DNA from: Octopus sinensis
Lineage: Eukaryota
Length of the DNA: 64,000 nucleotides
Direction: 5' to 3'
Assembly (NCBI RefSeq): GCF_006345805.1
Contig: NC_043019.1
Span: forward strand, 30,503,360 to 30,567,359
The first letter of the stretch is position 1. Every line of letters begins with the position of its first letter. Shown piece by piece: positions 1 to 12,114 of the stretch. Under the pieces are notes generated by a model. The model did no database searches, was not told the DNA's origin, and saw only the letters and a list, made by a program, of their open reading frames with translations. The translations under genes were made by a program, and so were the position numbers.

Positions 1-411
1 CAAGTGTCTTCTACTATAGCACCTGGCTGACCAGTGACTTATGAGTGAATTTGATAGACAGAAGCTGTGAGAAAGCTTGTGATGTATGTGTGTGCGTGTG
101 TGTGTGTTTGTGTTGTGTTTGTCCCACTATTGCGTGATAAGTGTTGGTTTGTTCATGTTCCTATAACTTAGCAGTTTGGCAAAAAGCAGTCAATAAAATA
201 AGTACCAAGCTTTGAAAAAGAAAAGTACTGGGGTTGTTTTGTTCGACTACAGCCCTTCAAAGCAGTACTCCAGCATGACCACAGTCTGTTGACTGAAACG
301 AAGAAGAAAAATTATTTAGATTTGGTTCTAACACCCAGGTCAGATCTAATTGAACAGATTCGTGATCAAATATATTCAGCCAGGATCATCCTATATTTTC
401 TTTCTGGCATA

Positions 412-1020
412 ATAAATATATCTAGGACTAATTTATCCAGTGTGTTGTCCTTTTAAAGGTTTAATTTAAGGCAGATTTAGCTGCTATTTCTAATGACCTG
501 AGTGACCATATACAGGCTCTTTTGTCAGTTTTAACTTGACATAATATATCTAAAACCAATTTATCCAATGTGTTATCCTTTTAAAGGTTTAATTTGAGAC
601 AGATTTAACTGCTATTTCTAACAGGTTGAGTGACTACATAAAGACTGTTGTTGGCATAATATATCTAGGACAAATTTATTGAATGCGTTATCATTTTAAA
701 AGTTTAATCTGAGGCAGATTTTGCTGGTATTTCTAACAGGCTGAGTAACCAGTTCTTTCATTAATTTCAACATGTTGGCTTACTATATCTAGGACAAATT
801 TATCCATTGTGTTACTTTTTAAAGGTTTAATCTGAGGCAGATTTAGCTGGTATTTCTAACAGGTTGAGTAACCACATAAAGGCTCTTACCTTAATTTCAA
901 CATGTTGGCATACTATATCTAGGACTAATGTATCCAATGTGTTACTTTTTAAAGGTCTAATCTAAGGTAATTTTTGCTGCTATTTCTAACAGGCTGAGTG
1001 ACCACATGGAGGCTCTTGCT
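412..1020. repeat. Tandem repeat, about 5 copies of a 116-130-bp unit
   Basis: ATATATCTAGGAC.AATTTATCC recurs near 415, 543, 659, 784 and 914. Confidence 0.85.
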
Positions 1021-1743
1021 AATCTCGTGCTGTTTGCTTTATGCATATAGTAACATTTATAGGTAATATACTTCGGGTTAGTTGTATTGACTTGCATTGT
1101 TCTGTTGGTTGGTTTTCACAGTGATTCAATGCTATTGAGAGAACTGCAGCTGGTGAGGTTAGTAAGAGTGGTGGTGGTGGCAGCATTAGTGGCACTGGTA
1201 GTGCTGCTGGTGGTGGCGGTGGTAGTGGTGCTGGTGGTGGCGGCGGTGGTGGTAGAGATTTACAGAGCGGTCATCTTAGTAAGGTGGTAGCAGAGGTTTT
1301 ACTGACTGGCCAACTCAATAGGGGATAGTGGAGAGTGGTCGACATTCATACCACTGACATCATCTCTACCATCACCACCACCACCTACAGCACTATTGAC
1401 ACTACCATTTACACTACCACAACCACAACCATTACTTCTACTACTACTACTACTGCCATGACAAAAAAAAACAAGGCACTTTGGACAATGATCAATATCT
1501 AATATCATGGGATGGAAACACTGCAACAATTGTTCTCAACCATTTTTTGCCTTACAACCTTTCTGATTCCTATTTTACTCAACTGGACCCTAATAAGCAT
1601 TTGATATTAAAAAAGGTCCCATTATATTTTTATATGTTTATGAAATTGTGTTGCAAGGTTCCTGATCTGAAACCATGTGTTGGAACAGATATTGTTAGAT
1701 TTCGGGATGGTCATTTTTTTTCTTGCCAAATAAACACATGCAC

Positions 1744-1774
<31 letters not shown>

Positions 1775-1802
1775 TCTTCACTTGTTTATTACTGTTCTTA
1801 TC

Positions 1803-2009
1803 TTATCTTATGTCCATTGTCCAGGAATCTTTTGTCACACATCTGTGACCTCTTCAGCGACCCTTCCTGTCCACATATATCCTCCTGCTCTGCTTTGTCC
1901 ATTCTCAGACTGGACTAAGCGAGAATGGACTGGGAGGAGCAGGAGGATACATGTTGACAGAAAGGGAAGCTGAAGAGATCACAAACTCTGGACGATGGAC
2001 ATAAGATAA
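1803..2009. repeat. Foldback element, imperfect hairpin with arms of about 95 bp
   Basis: Paired blocks CTTATGTCCATTGTCCAG/CTGGACGATGGACATAAG, TGTGACCTCTTCAGC/GCTGAAGAGATCACA, ATCCTCCTGCTC/GAGCAGGAGGAT, GTCCATTCTC/GAGAATGGAC. Confidence 0.8.
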
Positions 2010-2202
2010 ATTAAGAACATTAATAAGCAAATATAAAGTGCATATGTTTATTTGTTGAAAAAAAAAATGACCATCCTGAAATATAATAATATATTTTTAT
2101 AATTAAATCATCATCATCATCATCATCTATATATATATATGTGTGTGTGTGAGTATGTGTGTATATTATATAGTATTATATTATATATACATATATATAT
2201 AT

Positions 2203-2308
2203 CCATTCTGGCTGATCTTACTAATTGATTTCACACTAGTGGTTCAACAGAATGTTAGGTAACAGTCCAGTTATGTAACCTTGTGCTCTTCAGAGATGGT
2301 AATTATGG
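2203..2308 (-). ncRNA. Type I hammerhead, long-loop family copy 1 (decayed)
   Basis: Minus strand: AUCU-CUGAAGA-GCACAAGGUU...AACCACUAGUGU-GAAA-UC(AAUU)AG-UA-AGAU. Core intact, stems I and III partly mutated. Confidence 0.55.
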
Positions 2309-5300
2309 AATGAAATATAGTGCTCTCACAGTTTCTGTCTTCTGAATTCTTTCACAAGACATTGGCCAACCTGGGGTTATATAGAAGACACTTACTCAAG
2401 GTACCACACAGTGGGACTGAACCTGAAACCACATGACTGCAAAGTGAGCTTCTGGAAAAGAGAACATTTTCAACAATGCTGCTCTAGATACACTTCACCT
2501 TAACAGATAGGATGGTTACAGCTGGAACACCTTTGATGATAGGCTTACTGGATCAGGGCTGATCTGGGGCCAAGCAACATCATCACCACTACTACTGCAA
2601 ACATTAATCTTCTGAAGACCTTTGATCTTTTAAGCCTATTGGATCAGGGCTGATCTAGGACTAAACAATACTTAATCTTCGTCATGATTCCTAAACATCC
2701 TTCTCTACTCAATAACACAGATTCAGTATCTTTTGTCTTTCAGTCATTTGACTGTGGCCATGCTAGGGTTTTAGTACTTCTCGCGCCAAACTACTAAGTT
2801 ACATGGATGTAAACAAACCAACATCAGTTGACAATTGGCGACAGGGAACAAACAGAAGGACATGCACTCACATCTTTTGCTTTTATCATTCTTTTTACTT
2901 GTTTTAGTCTTCAGGCTACGGTCATGCTGGGGCACCACTTTGAAAAGTTTATCATCATCATCATACTCTCTTTACTCTTTTACTTGTTTCAGTCATGTGA
3001 CTGTGGCCATGCTGGAGCACTACCTTTAGTCGAGCAAATCGACCCCAGGACTTATTCTTTGTAAGCCTAGTACTTATTCTATCGGTCACTTTTGTCAAAC
3101 CGCTAAGTTACAGGGACGTAAACACACCAGCATCGGTTGTCAAGCAATGTTGGGGGGACAAACACAGACACTCAAACACACACATATGCATATATATACA
3201 TATACATATATACGATGGACTTCTTTCAGTTTCCATCTACCAAATCCACTCACAAGGCTTGGTTGGCCCGAGGCTATAGTTGAAGACACTTGCCCAAGGT
3301 GCCATACAGTGGGACTGAACCTGGAACCATGTGGTTTGTAAGCAAGCTACTTACCACACAGCCACATTGTCCATGCTGGCATGGGTTGAACAGTTTGAGC
3401 AGGCTGGCATGCTGGAAAGCTGCACCAGAGTCCAGTCTGATTTGGCATGGTTGTCTACAGATGGATGCCCTTCCTAATGCCAACCACCCTGAGAGTGTAA
3501 TGGTTGCTTTTACATGCCACTGGCACAGGTGCCATTTGCGTGACACTGGGGTGTTTTTACACGCCACCAGCATGACACTGGTATCTGTCACAACTGTGAT
3601 TTTGCTCAGCTTGATGGGTCTTCTTCTCAAGCACAACATAATACCAAAGATCTCAGTAATTGCTTCCTTGAGGACTAACGCTCAAAAGGAACTCAACCTC
3701 TTTTCCTCCATAAGGCCCTGGCCCAAGTACTTATTTTGAACCCTGGTACTTATTCTATCAGTCTCTTTATGCCAAACCACTCAGTTACAGGGATGTAAAC
3801 AAACCAGCATGTGTTGTCAAGCAGTGGTGAGAGACTTACAATTACAATGCTTTGGTCGACCCTGAAGCTGTAGTATCAACATTTACCCAAAGTGCCACGC
3901 AGTGGGACTGAACTCAGAACCATGTGGTCGGGAAGCAGACTTCTTACCACACAGCCACATTTACCCCTACCCTAATCAAATTATTTACATAATTCATTGT
4001 TGCTGTTGTTAATGTTGTTGTTAAAACAATCTCAAATATTAAGGAGCTTTTCTTCAACTTAGGGTTTTTTTTTTTGTTTTTATGAAATATAATTATCAGT
4101 TTGGCTAAGACAGTAATTTTCCACACTATACCCCCCCCCCACTACACACTTGTTACTAACTGCTACCCCCTCTCTGTTTTATTAACTACCACTCATTCAC
4201 TTGTTCCACTCCTTCTACCCCTCTTTCTCACCTTATTACCACAACATAAAGCACCCCCCCTACACACTTTACAGTTAGTCATTAACTTCCTACACCCCTC
4301 TTCATCATCAGTTTCTTCTTCTTTGCCTTTATTACCACATAAATAAAGCAGCTCCCTCCTTAAGGCTATTTTTAGGTCTATACCTGCACCCCCCCCCCGC
4401 CATTTTTTATTTTTTTAGCTCCCTATCTCCTATGCAGCTCTTTTATCCTAAATCCCTTCTTATTCCCTTATTTTATTTACAGCCTGTTCAAAAGTGGTCA
4501 GATGGTCACATGTAAGTCATGGATAATAGTTTTTATCTCCAGGCTATAAACGTACTGAAAACACCTTCTAACACCACCACCACCACCACCACCACCACCA
4601 CCACCATCATCATCACTACTTCCAATATTATTTTCTATCACTACTCTCTTGCTATCATCATCTCTACTGCCACCACTAATTTTACCTCCACTACCACCAC
4701 CACCACCAACACTACTGCACTATGCTGTCTTTCTTGTTTTTAGTATAAAGTGCAGATCACCTTATAAACCCTTATTTGAGGTTTTAGTGTATAAATAAAT
4801 GACTACGTCACAACATTGCATATAAATGTTAACTGAGTCCTTTATCTGTAACTATCTTTTATCTTTTGCTTGTTTTAGTCATTGGATTGCAGCCATCCTG
4901 GGGCACCATCTTGAAGTGTCTAATCAAACATATTGAATCCCTTGCTTAATTAATTTCTAAAGCCTGATAAATTTATTCTATCAATCTCTTTTGCTGAACT
5001 AGTAAGTTATGGGGATGAAAACACACCAACACCAGTTATCAAGGCGGTGGGCTGGCAGAAACGTTAGCACGCCAGGCGAAATGCGTAGCTGTATTTCGTC
5101 TGCCGTTACGTTCTGAGTTCAAATTTCGCCGAGGTCGACTTTGCCTTTCATCCTTTCGGGGTCGATAAATTAAGTACCAGTTACACACTGGGGTCGATGT
5201 AATCGACTTAATCCGTTTGTCTGTCCTTGTTTGTCCCCTCTGTGTTTAGCCCCTTGTGGATAGTAAAGAAATAAGTGGTGGTGGTGGTGGTGGTGGTGGG

Positions 5301-5654
5301 TACTAACACAAACACAAAGACACACACACATGCACACACACACATGCACACACATACATGCACACATATATATACAAAATGGTCTTATTTATGTTTCCGT
5401 CCACCAGATCCACTCACAAGACTTTGGTGACTCAGGATTGTAGTAGAAGACACTTGCCTAAAGTACCACACAGAGGGACTGAACCCAAGACCTCATGGTT
5501 AGGAAGCATGTGTTTCAGCCACACAGCCACACCTATGCCTTTTTATTTTCCAACAATAACAAGCATCTGTGTAATAGAAATAGCATTAAGCTTTCCCTCC
5601 AATTACAACCTACTGTCTTAGGAAATGACACATTGCACATTGTTGATTAAGATC

Positions 5655-6458
5655 ATTGGTTCTCAATTGGCGTCCATATGGTCCCTTAGGGTCCATATAA
5701 GATTTTAGGGGTTCCACTCAAGAAAATAGTGAATTGGCAATTCACATTGCATTATGTTGATTAAGATCATTGGTTCTCAACCGGAGTCCATATAATCTCT
5801 GAGGATCCATATAAGATTTTAGGGGATTCACTCAAGAAAATAGTGAATTGGCAATCCACAATAGTATTTTAAGGGACCCTGAAAATATTTTGCTTCAGAT
5901 GTATGTATTGGTATGTATTGCAAGAAACAGCTGGGTTTCTTTCTCCAACACTTTTCATAGTTGATCCTACGCAGGTTAATGTGTGAAAAACAAAATGAGA
6001 ATTTTGAAAGAAGAATCTATAAAATGTGTTTTTAAGCATCAAATGTCCATGGGGGTTCACCAGAATAAAATTGTATTTTAAAGGGGTCCATAAATAATAA
6101 AAAAATGGTTGAGAACTGTTTTACATAGTTCAATCTATACAAGTTAATGAGTGAATAACAAAATAGGAATTTTGAAAGGAGTTTCTATAAAAAGGCGTTT
6201 TTAAACATCAAATGGCTATGGGGGGTCCACCAGAATAAAATAGTAATTAAAGGGGGTCCATAGATAGAAGAATAGTTGGGAACCTTGTTTTACATAGTTC
6301 AATCTACACATGTCAATGTGTGAAAAACAAAATAGGAATTTTGAAAGGAGTTTCTATTAAAGGAGTTTTTAAAACATCGAATGGCTATGGAGAGTCCACC
6401 AGAATAAAATAGTAATTAAAGGGGGTCCATAGATAAAAGATAGTTGAGAACCCCTGAT
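5655..6458. repeat. hAT-MITE-derived sequence expanded by internal tandem duplications (about 105-bp x2 and about 180-bp x3)
   Basis: Repeated blocks GATCATTGGTTCTCAA...CCACTCAAGAAAATAGTGAATTGGC and GGAATTTTGAAAGGAG...GGGGTCCATAGATA. Confidence 0.7.
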
Positions 6459-8408
6459 CTAGATACTCAGTGATTGAGTGAAGGGCAGAGAGGTCATAGC
6501 TTAGCCTAACTGGGCGGGCCTTCAGTTTGCCATCCCTGAACCCCCACAAAAATACATATTGCCTATAGTAGACCCAAATGTGGTACCACTCGGGGCAGAC
6601 TGTCTCCTTTGCACTACTACTCCACCTCTAGCTACACTAGTGGAGCTGGGTCTAAACAACTACAGTACAAAAATAGTGTGTGTGTGTGTGTATTTGTGTG
6701 CATATTTGTGTGTGTGTGTGTGTATTTGTGTGTGTGTATTTATGTATGCGTATGTCTTTGTTTGTCTTTCCACTTCTTGAAAACTGGTGTTGGCTTGCTT
6801 ATATCCCTATAACTTAGCAAAAGGAATGGATAGAATAAGTACCAGATGTTAAAAAAAAAAAAGGTACTAGGAAAGATTTGCTCAGTTAAACACTTCAAGG
6901 TGGTGCTCCTGCATGGCCACAGTCCAACAACTGAATCGAATAAAAGAGTATAGTTACATTTCTATAAAACCTAGACTACATTAACAACCATGTCAAGGAT
7001 ATATTTACCCAACCATTTCCTCCATTAGGCATGTCTCTCGTCTATTCAAAGATGACTTGAATTCCACCTCCCTTTCTCAACAAGTTTTCCTACTTTTATC
7101 TGCAGTGATCAAAGTTCAAAATTTTTTATTAGCATTTTTAACATTATTCTTTACTATAAGGAGCTTTTATTATAAAACCTGTTTTTCTTTTTTTTTTTAT
7201 TTCTGTGGATAATTTATTTCTTCCACCCATCCTGGAATGTATTTACAACACTAAAGGTAGTATCTTAAATAAGTGAATATAAAAAAAATAAACTTGGCAT
7301 AATTTGGTCCTCTGTTCAAGGATGGTCATGGACGGAATAGCTTTGTTCATAGGTCTGGGGCTAAACAACAACAGTTAGGCCAGTTGTTCTCAACTGGGGT
7401 CCACATGACCCTTGGGTGGGGTCCATATAAAATTTAATTGTTAAAAATTATGTGCAATAAACCAGGTGTGGCTGTGTGGTAAGAAGCTTGCTTCCCAACC
7501 ACATGGCTCCAAGTTCAGTCCCACTGCATGGTACCTTGGGCAAGTGTCTTTTTCTATGGCCTTGTGAGTGGATTTGTTAGATGTAAACTGAAAGAAGCCC
7601 ATCATGTGTGTGTATGTGTGTGTGTGTTTCCGTTTGTCTCCCTACCACTGCTTGACAACTGGTGTTGGTGTGTTTGAGTCCCTGTAACTTAGCAGTTCAC
7701 CAAAAGAGGCCGATAGAATAAGTACCAGGCTTTAAAAAAATAAGTACTGGAGTCGATTCATTTGACTAAAAATTCAAGGCATTGAATGCTCCAGCATGGC
7801 CACAGTCTAATGACTGAAACAAGTTCAGAAAAAAAAATCCCAGAATACATCTACAATACACAAAATATTTTAGAAATATTTTTTTTATACAATTCGTAAT
7901 AAAATTTAATTGTAAAAATAAAATGGGATTTTTATAAACAATTTAATGGCTATGGGTGTCCAGTAGATAAAAAGCAGGTAGCAAACAGGTTCATAAACAA
8001 AAAGTGATTGTATACCATTGACTAGACCAGCTTCCATTTGCTAGTATGGGTCACAATTGTATGTGGTGAGCATAGCATTCTTGTCACCATATCCTGTTCA
8101 TGTATGTAGAACAACCATCCATGTGAATGCAGTGGCTCCAGTTCAAGTCATTGAATCAATTAGACTACCTCAATTCAACAAGTCAGGAGACCTAAATCTA
8201 GCTTGCTTCAGTTAACCCACCTGTTGGGAAATTGTGTCAGACCTTTCTCAAGTCACCTGTAAGTTATCGTTTCATCTCTTTCTGATGAAGGGTTCCACCC
8301 ATATTTCCTCTTTCTCATGGCAAAATAATTTATTCCACTTTGCAAATTTTTTTTGTTCTAACCATTTATTGACATGTAGTTTTCTTACATTCTGCTGTTC
8401 AGCTAAAT

Positions 8409-8743
8409 CAGGAATTCTCAACCATTTTATATCTATGGACCCCTTTGATTGTTATTTTAATCTGGTGGACCCCCACCAAAGCCATTTGATGTTAAAAAAC
8501 AAGTTTTATAGAAACTTCTTTCAAAATTCCTATTTTGTTTTTCTCATATTATCTTGTGTAGGTTGAACTATGTAAAAATGTGAGAGAAAGAAGCCCAGCT
8601 GTTTTTTTTACAGTACATACCAATGAATACATCTAAAACAAACTGCTTTTCAAGAGCCCTTAAAATACTGTTTTGTTGCATGAACCCCCCAAAACCTTAT
8701 ATAAACCCTTAGGGGCCATATGGACCCCAGTTGAGAACCACTG
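8409..8743. mobile_element. hAT-type MITE
   Basis: CAG(G/T)...TTCTCAAC termini with perfect 8-bp TSD AGCTAAAT (8401-8408, 8744-8751). Confidence 0.85.
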
Positions 8744-10070
8744 AGCTAAATCATCTGTGAAGGGCTTGCATCTTAGGATTATAACTGGAGCTAAAACTCT
8801 CACCTTTTAGACTATTGTAGCTTGGAAAAGGGTTAACCTTGTGTATCTTTTACTTGTTTCTGTCATTTGATTGCAACCATGCTGGGACACCACCTTGAGG
8901 GGTTTAGTCGAAGAAATTTACCCCAGTTTGTTCCCCAACCAACACGTGACAATCAGTGCTGGTTTGTTTATGTCCCTACAACATACATAATGTTTTTGCA
9001 AAGGAGACTGATAAAATAAGTGCCAAACTTCGAAAAATTAGTACTGGGGTAGCTTCATTCAGCTAAAACCCCTTCAAGTCAGTGCCCCAGAATGGCTGCA
9101 GTCCAGTGATTGAAACAGGTAAAAGATAAGAGAGAGTGCAGTCAAGGCATGCCAATGTTATCAAGCAGTTTACTTTCAAACCACATAGTTTCATGCTCGT
9201 CCCTACCGTGCAGCAACCTCTGTATCACTGAACCAACCAAACCCTTGTGAATGGATTTGGTCAACAGAAACAAAGAAAACTATCACATGTGTGTATCTGT
9301 GTGTTTGTTTACATCTCACTTGCTTCTGCAAAAGTTACAACATACATATAGTTATAAACAAGCTTGTGCATTTTCTGCTATGATTTGATAAGCAGTGCTA
9401 AGTTTTCTTCTTCTTCTTGTGCCCTTTTTAAAGCCTAGCTAGGCTCATGGGCCTGGTTTCTATGGTGTATGTGTTCCCCAGCTGGACGGGATGCCAGTCC
9501 ATTGCAGCGCTACTCATTTTTGCCAGCTGAGTAGACTAGAGCAATGTGAAATGAAGTGTTTTGCTCAAGAACACAACGCATCGCCCGGTTCAGGAATCGA
9601 AACCACAATTTAATGATCATTAATAATTTAATCTTATGATCATGGTGGATACCCTAACCACTAGCTACGCGCCTCCACAGTGCTAAGTTTTACACTTCTG
9701 TAAATAATAATAATGATATTTTATAAGCTTAAATCTTATAAAGAATCACTGTATTGGCTACAGAAGATAGTCTAATTTTGGGCCATATAAGCCCTCAACA
9801 GAAAACCTATTATTTTTTTTCGTCGATGGCTTATACAGCCCAGTATTAGACTATTTTCTTTACTCATTGCACGGTTATTGCTTATAAGCTCTAAGATTAT
9901 AAAATACATGTAGTATTATTTTCAGTTCTTCTGTCACCAAATCATCTGCTTGTTTCATGCCTTCAAAGCTACTTGAAATAAGAGATGCCTTGAACAAATA
10001 CAGTTAAGGGTTAGCAAGAAGAAGGGTGCCCATCTGTGAAATAATAGCTCAGCAGCATATTCATCTAACC

Positions 10071-10327
10071 CAGTGGTTTTCAACCATCTTTTATCTATGG
10101 ACCCATCTGATTCTCTTTTTACTCTGGTGGACCCTCATAGTCATTCAATGTTTAAAAAATCCTTGTATATTTTTATTATTAAATATTATTAGGAATTGTA
10201 TCTAAAATAAAAATTATTGAAATATTTTGTGTATTGTTGAAGAATAACCTGTTTATTGCAGATAAATTTTAACAACAAAATATCTTACATGGACCCCTCA
10301 AGGGTCGACCCAAGTTGAGGACCTCTG
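10071..10327. mobile_element. hAT-type MITE (same family)
   Basis: CAGTGGTTTTCAAC...GTTGAGGACCTCTG with perfect 8-bp TSD ATCTAACC. Confidence 0.85.
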
Positions 10328-11039
10328 ATCTAACCAATACAAGCATGGTAAAACATGTAAAAACAAAGATATGAAATAGTGTCCCTTGAACAGTATTGTG
10401 GCCTTTTTAAGATGGTAGAGTGCTTTTGAGGGAGATTCGGTTGATACTTCTAGCAGTATGAGCCACCATATAGAAGCCTAGTTCTCAATAACAACAACAA
10501 ACAATGAAACTGTTGTTATTGTTGGTGTCATGGATCATGTTTGTTAGTAGTGGTTGTAGTAGTGGCAGTGGCAGCAGTGGTGATGTTGGTGGTGGTTAAA
10601 CACAAGGTACAAAGAACTGGAACATCTATCTCTTTCCACTATCAGCACAAGGCCTGAAATTTGGAGCAGGGTAAGAGGTGGAGACCTAGTTGATTACACC
10701 AACCCCAGTACCCGACTGTTTTTATTTTATCAACCATGAAATGTTGAAAGGCAAAGTTGACCTTGGTGGAATTTGAACTCAGACTGTAAAGACAGACAAA
10801 AGGCCACCAAGTCCGCGACCTGTTCACTGACAAAAAATCCGTGCTGCACGGATTTTTGTCAGTGAACAGGTCGCAGATTTTAGCGACGAAAATATTTTGA
10901 CAAATTAAACTTAAATGTTGAAGTGAATCGAACGGCTTTTGTGTGTTTCTTAAATGGCTTACAAACACCTTCCACGCTGCAATTGTTTTCGTTTCAGCAC
11001 ACGATCTCAGATCAAATCACTTGCTATGCGAGTACATCT

Positions 11040-11105
<66 letters not shown>

Positions 11106-11893
11106 CACACACATACATACATATATATATATATCATCATCATGATCGTTTAACGTCCGTTCTCCATGCTAGCATGGGTTGGACGGTTCGACCAGGGATC
11201 AGTTATATATATATAAGGAGAAGCATATTAAAAGGGATCTGTGAGAAAACTCATTTAAATAAAAGGGGTCCTTGGTAGATTTATGTGATTGATAATCCTG
11301 CTAGAAATAGCAGCCAAATCTTCCTGAACTGCATCCTAACCTCTTAAAAGAGAAAACAGTGGTGGTGGGAACATATTGGATAATATAGTTTTTAAGGCCT
11401 TGAATTCCTTTTGATCAGGGATCTACTTAGTGAGAGCTGACATGAAAGTAAACAACATAGAAACCTGTTCTGAAATATTTTGTTTTTTATCTTTCTATAC
11501 AATTTTGTTACTCTCTGCACTCCTCATTTCGAAAAAGGAGTGTATTATTGTTGTTGAACATGAAATAACTTTTTATTTTTCACAAAAGAAGTTTTAAAAA
11601 GAAACCTGATGTTCATTTAATTGCCCATGAGTGTCAGCCTGTGATTGGGTTCCTTCAAGGAGGAAGGTAGCTGCAGGAGATGGTCGTGGTGGTGTTGGTG
11701 GGCAGTGCCTATAGCTTCTGTCAAAAACTATTTCAACTGACCCAGTTTTGTTTTCTTATCCACTTCATAAGAAAGTTATAAATTCCTGTCATTCTTCTTT
11801 TTACTGATAGCAAAGAAGAAAACAAATCTGTTGTTGTTGCTTTTGTTGCTGTTTAACCACAGGTCAGTTATGACCCAGCAGATTTATGATTAA

Positions 11894-12114
11894 CCCTTTA
11901 GTGTTCGCATTATTCAACCAAAATTAATCTTTTTCATCCACATTGTTTTGAACTAATCATTCATTAACCTTGTAGCTATGAGATTTTGATGAGGTAGCTG
12001 TTAATTTTTTAAATGATATTGTAGGGTTGGTGTGAGAGACCAGATCTGGCCAGTTTGAACATAAAACAGGCAGAATACTTTTGGCCGGATATGGCCGGTT
12101 TAAATGCTAAAGGG
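11894..12114. mobile_element. piggyBac-like MITE
   Basis: TTAA-CCCTTTAG...CTAAAGGG-TTAA. A related copy lies at 36714-36940 and a partial one near 38290-38500. Confidence 0.75.

Noticed and set aside
412-1020. CRISPR-like regular repeat spacing (also considered for 42545-43830)
   Set aside because: Eukaryotic context, whole units are repeated with no unique spacers, and no cas genes.
1087-1529. Val-rich hydrophobic ORF and Gly/Ser-rich antisense ORF
   Set aside because: They derive from (GGT)n/(ACC)n low-complexity sequence.
8275-8310. CUGAUGA-AGGG-UUCCA-CCC hammerhead-like start
   Set aside because: The GAAA and stem III half is missing; at best a decayed relic.
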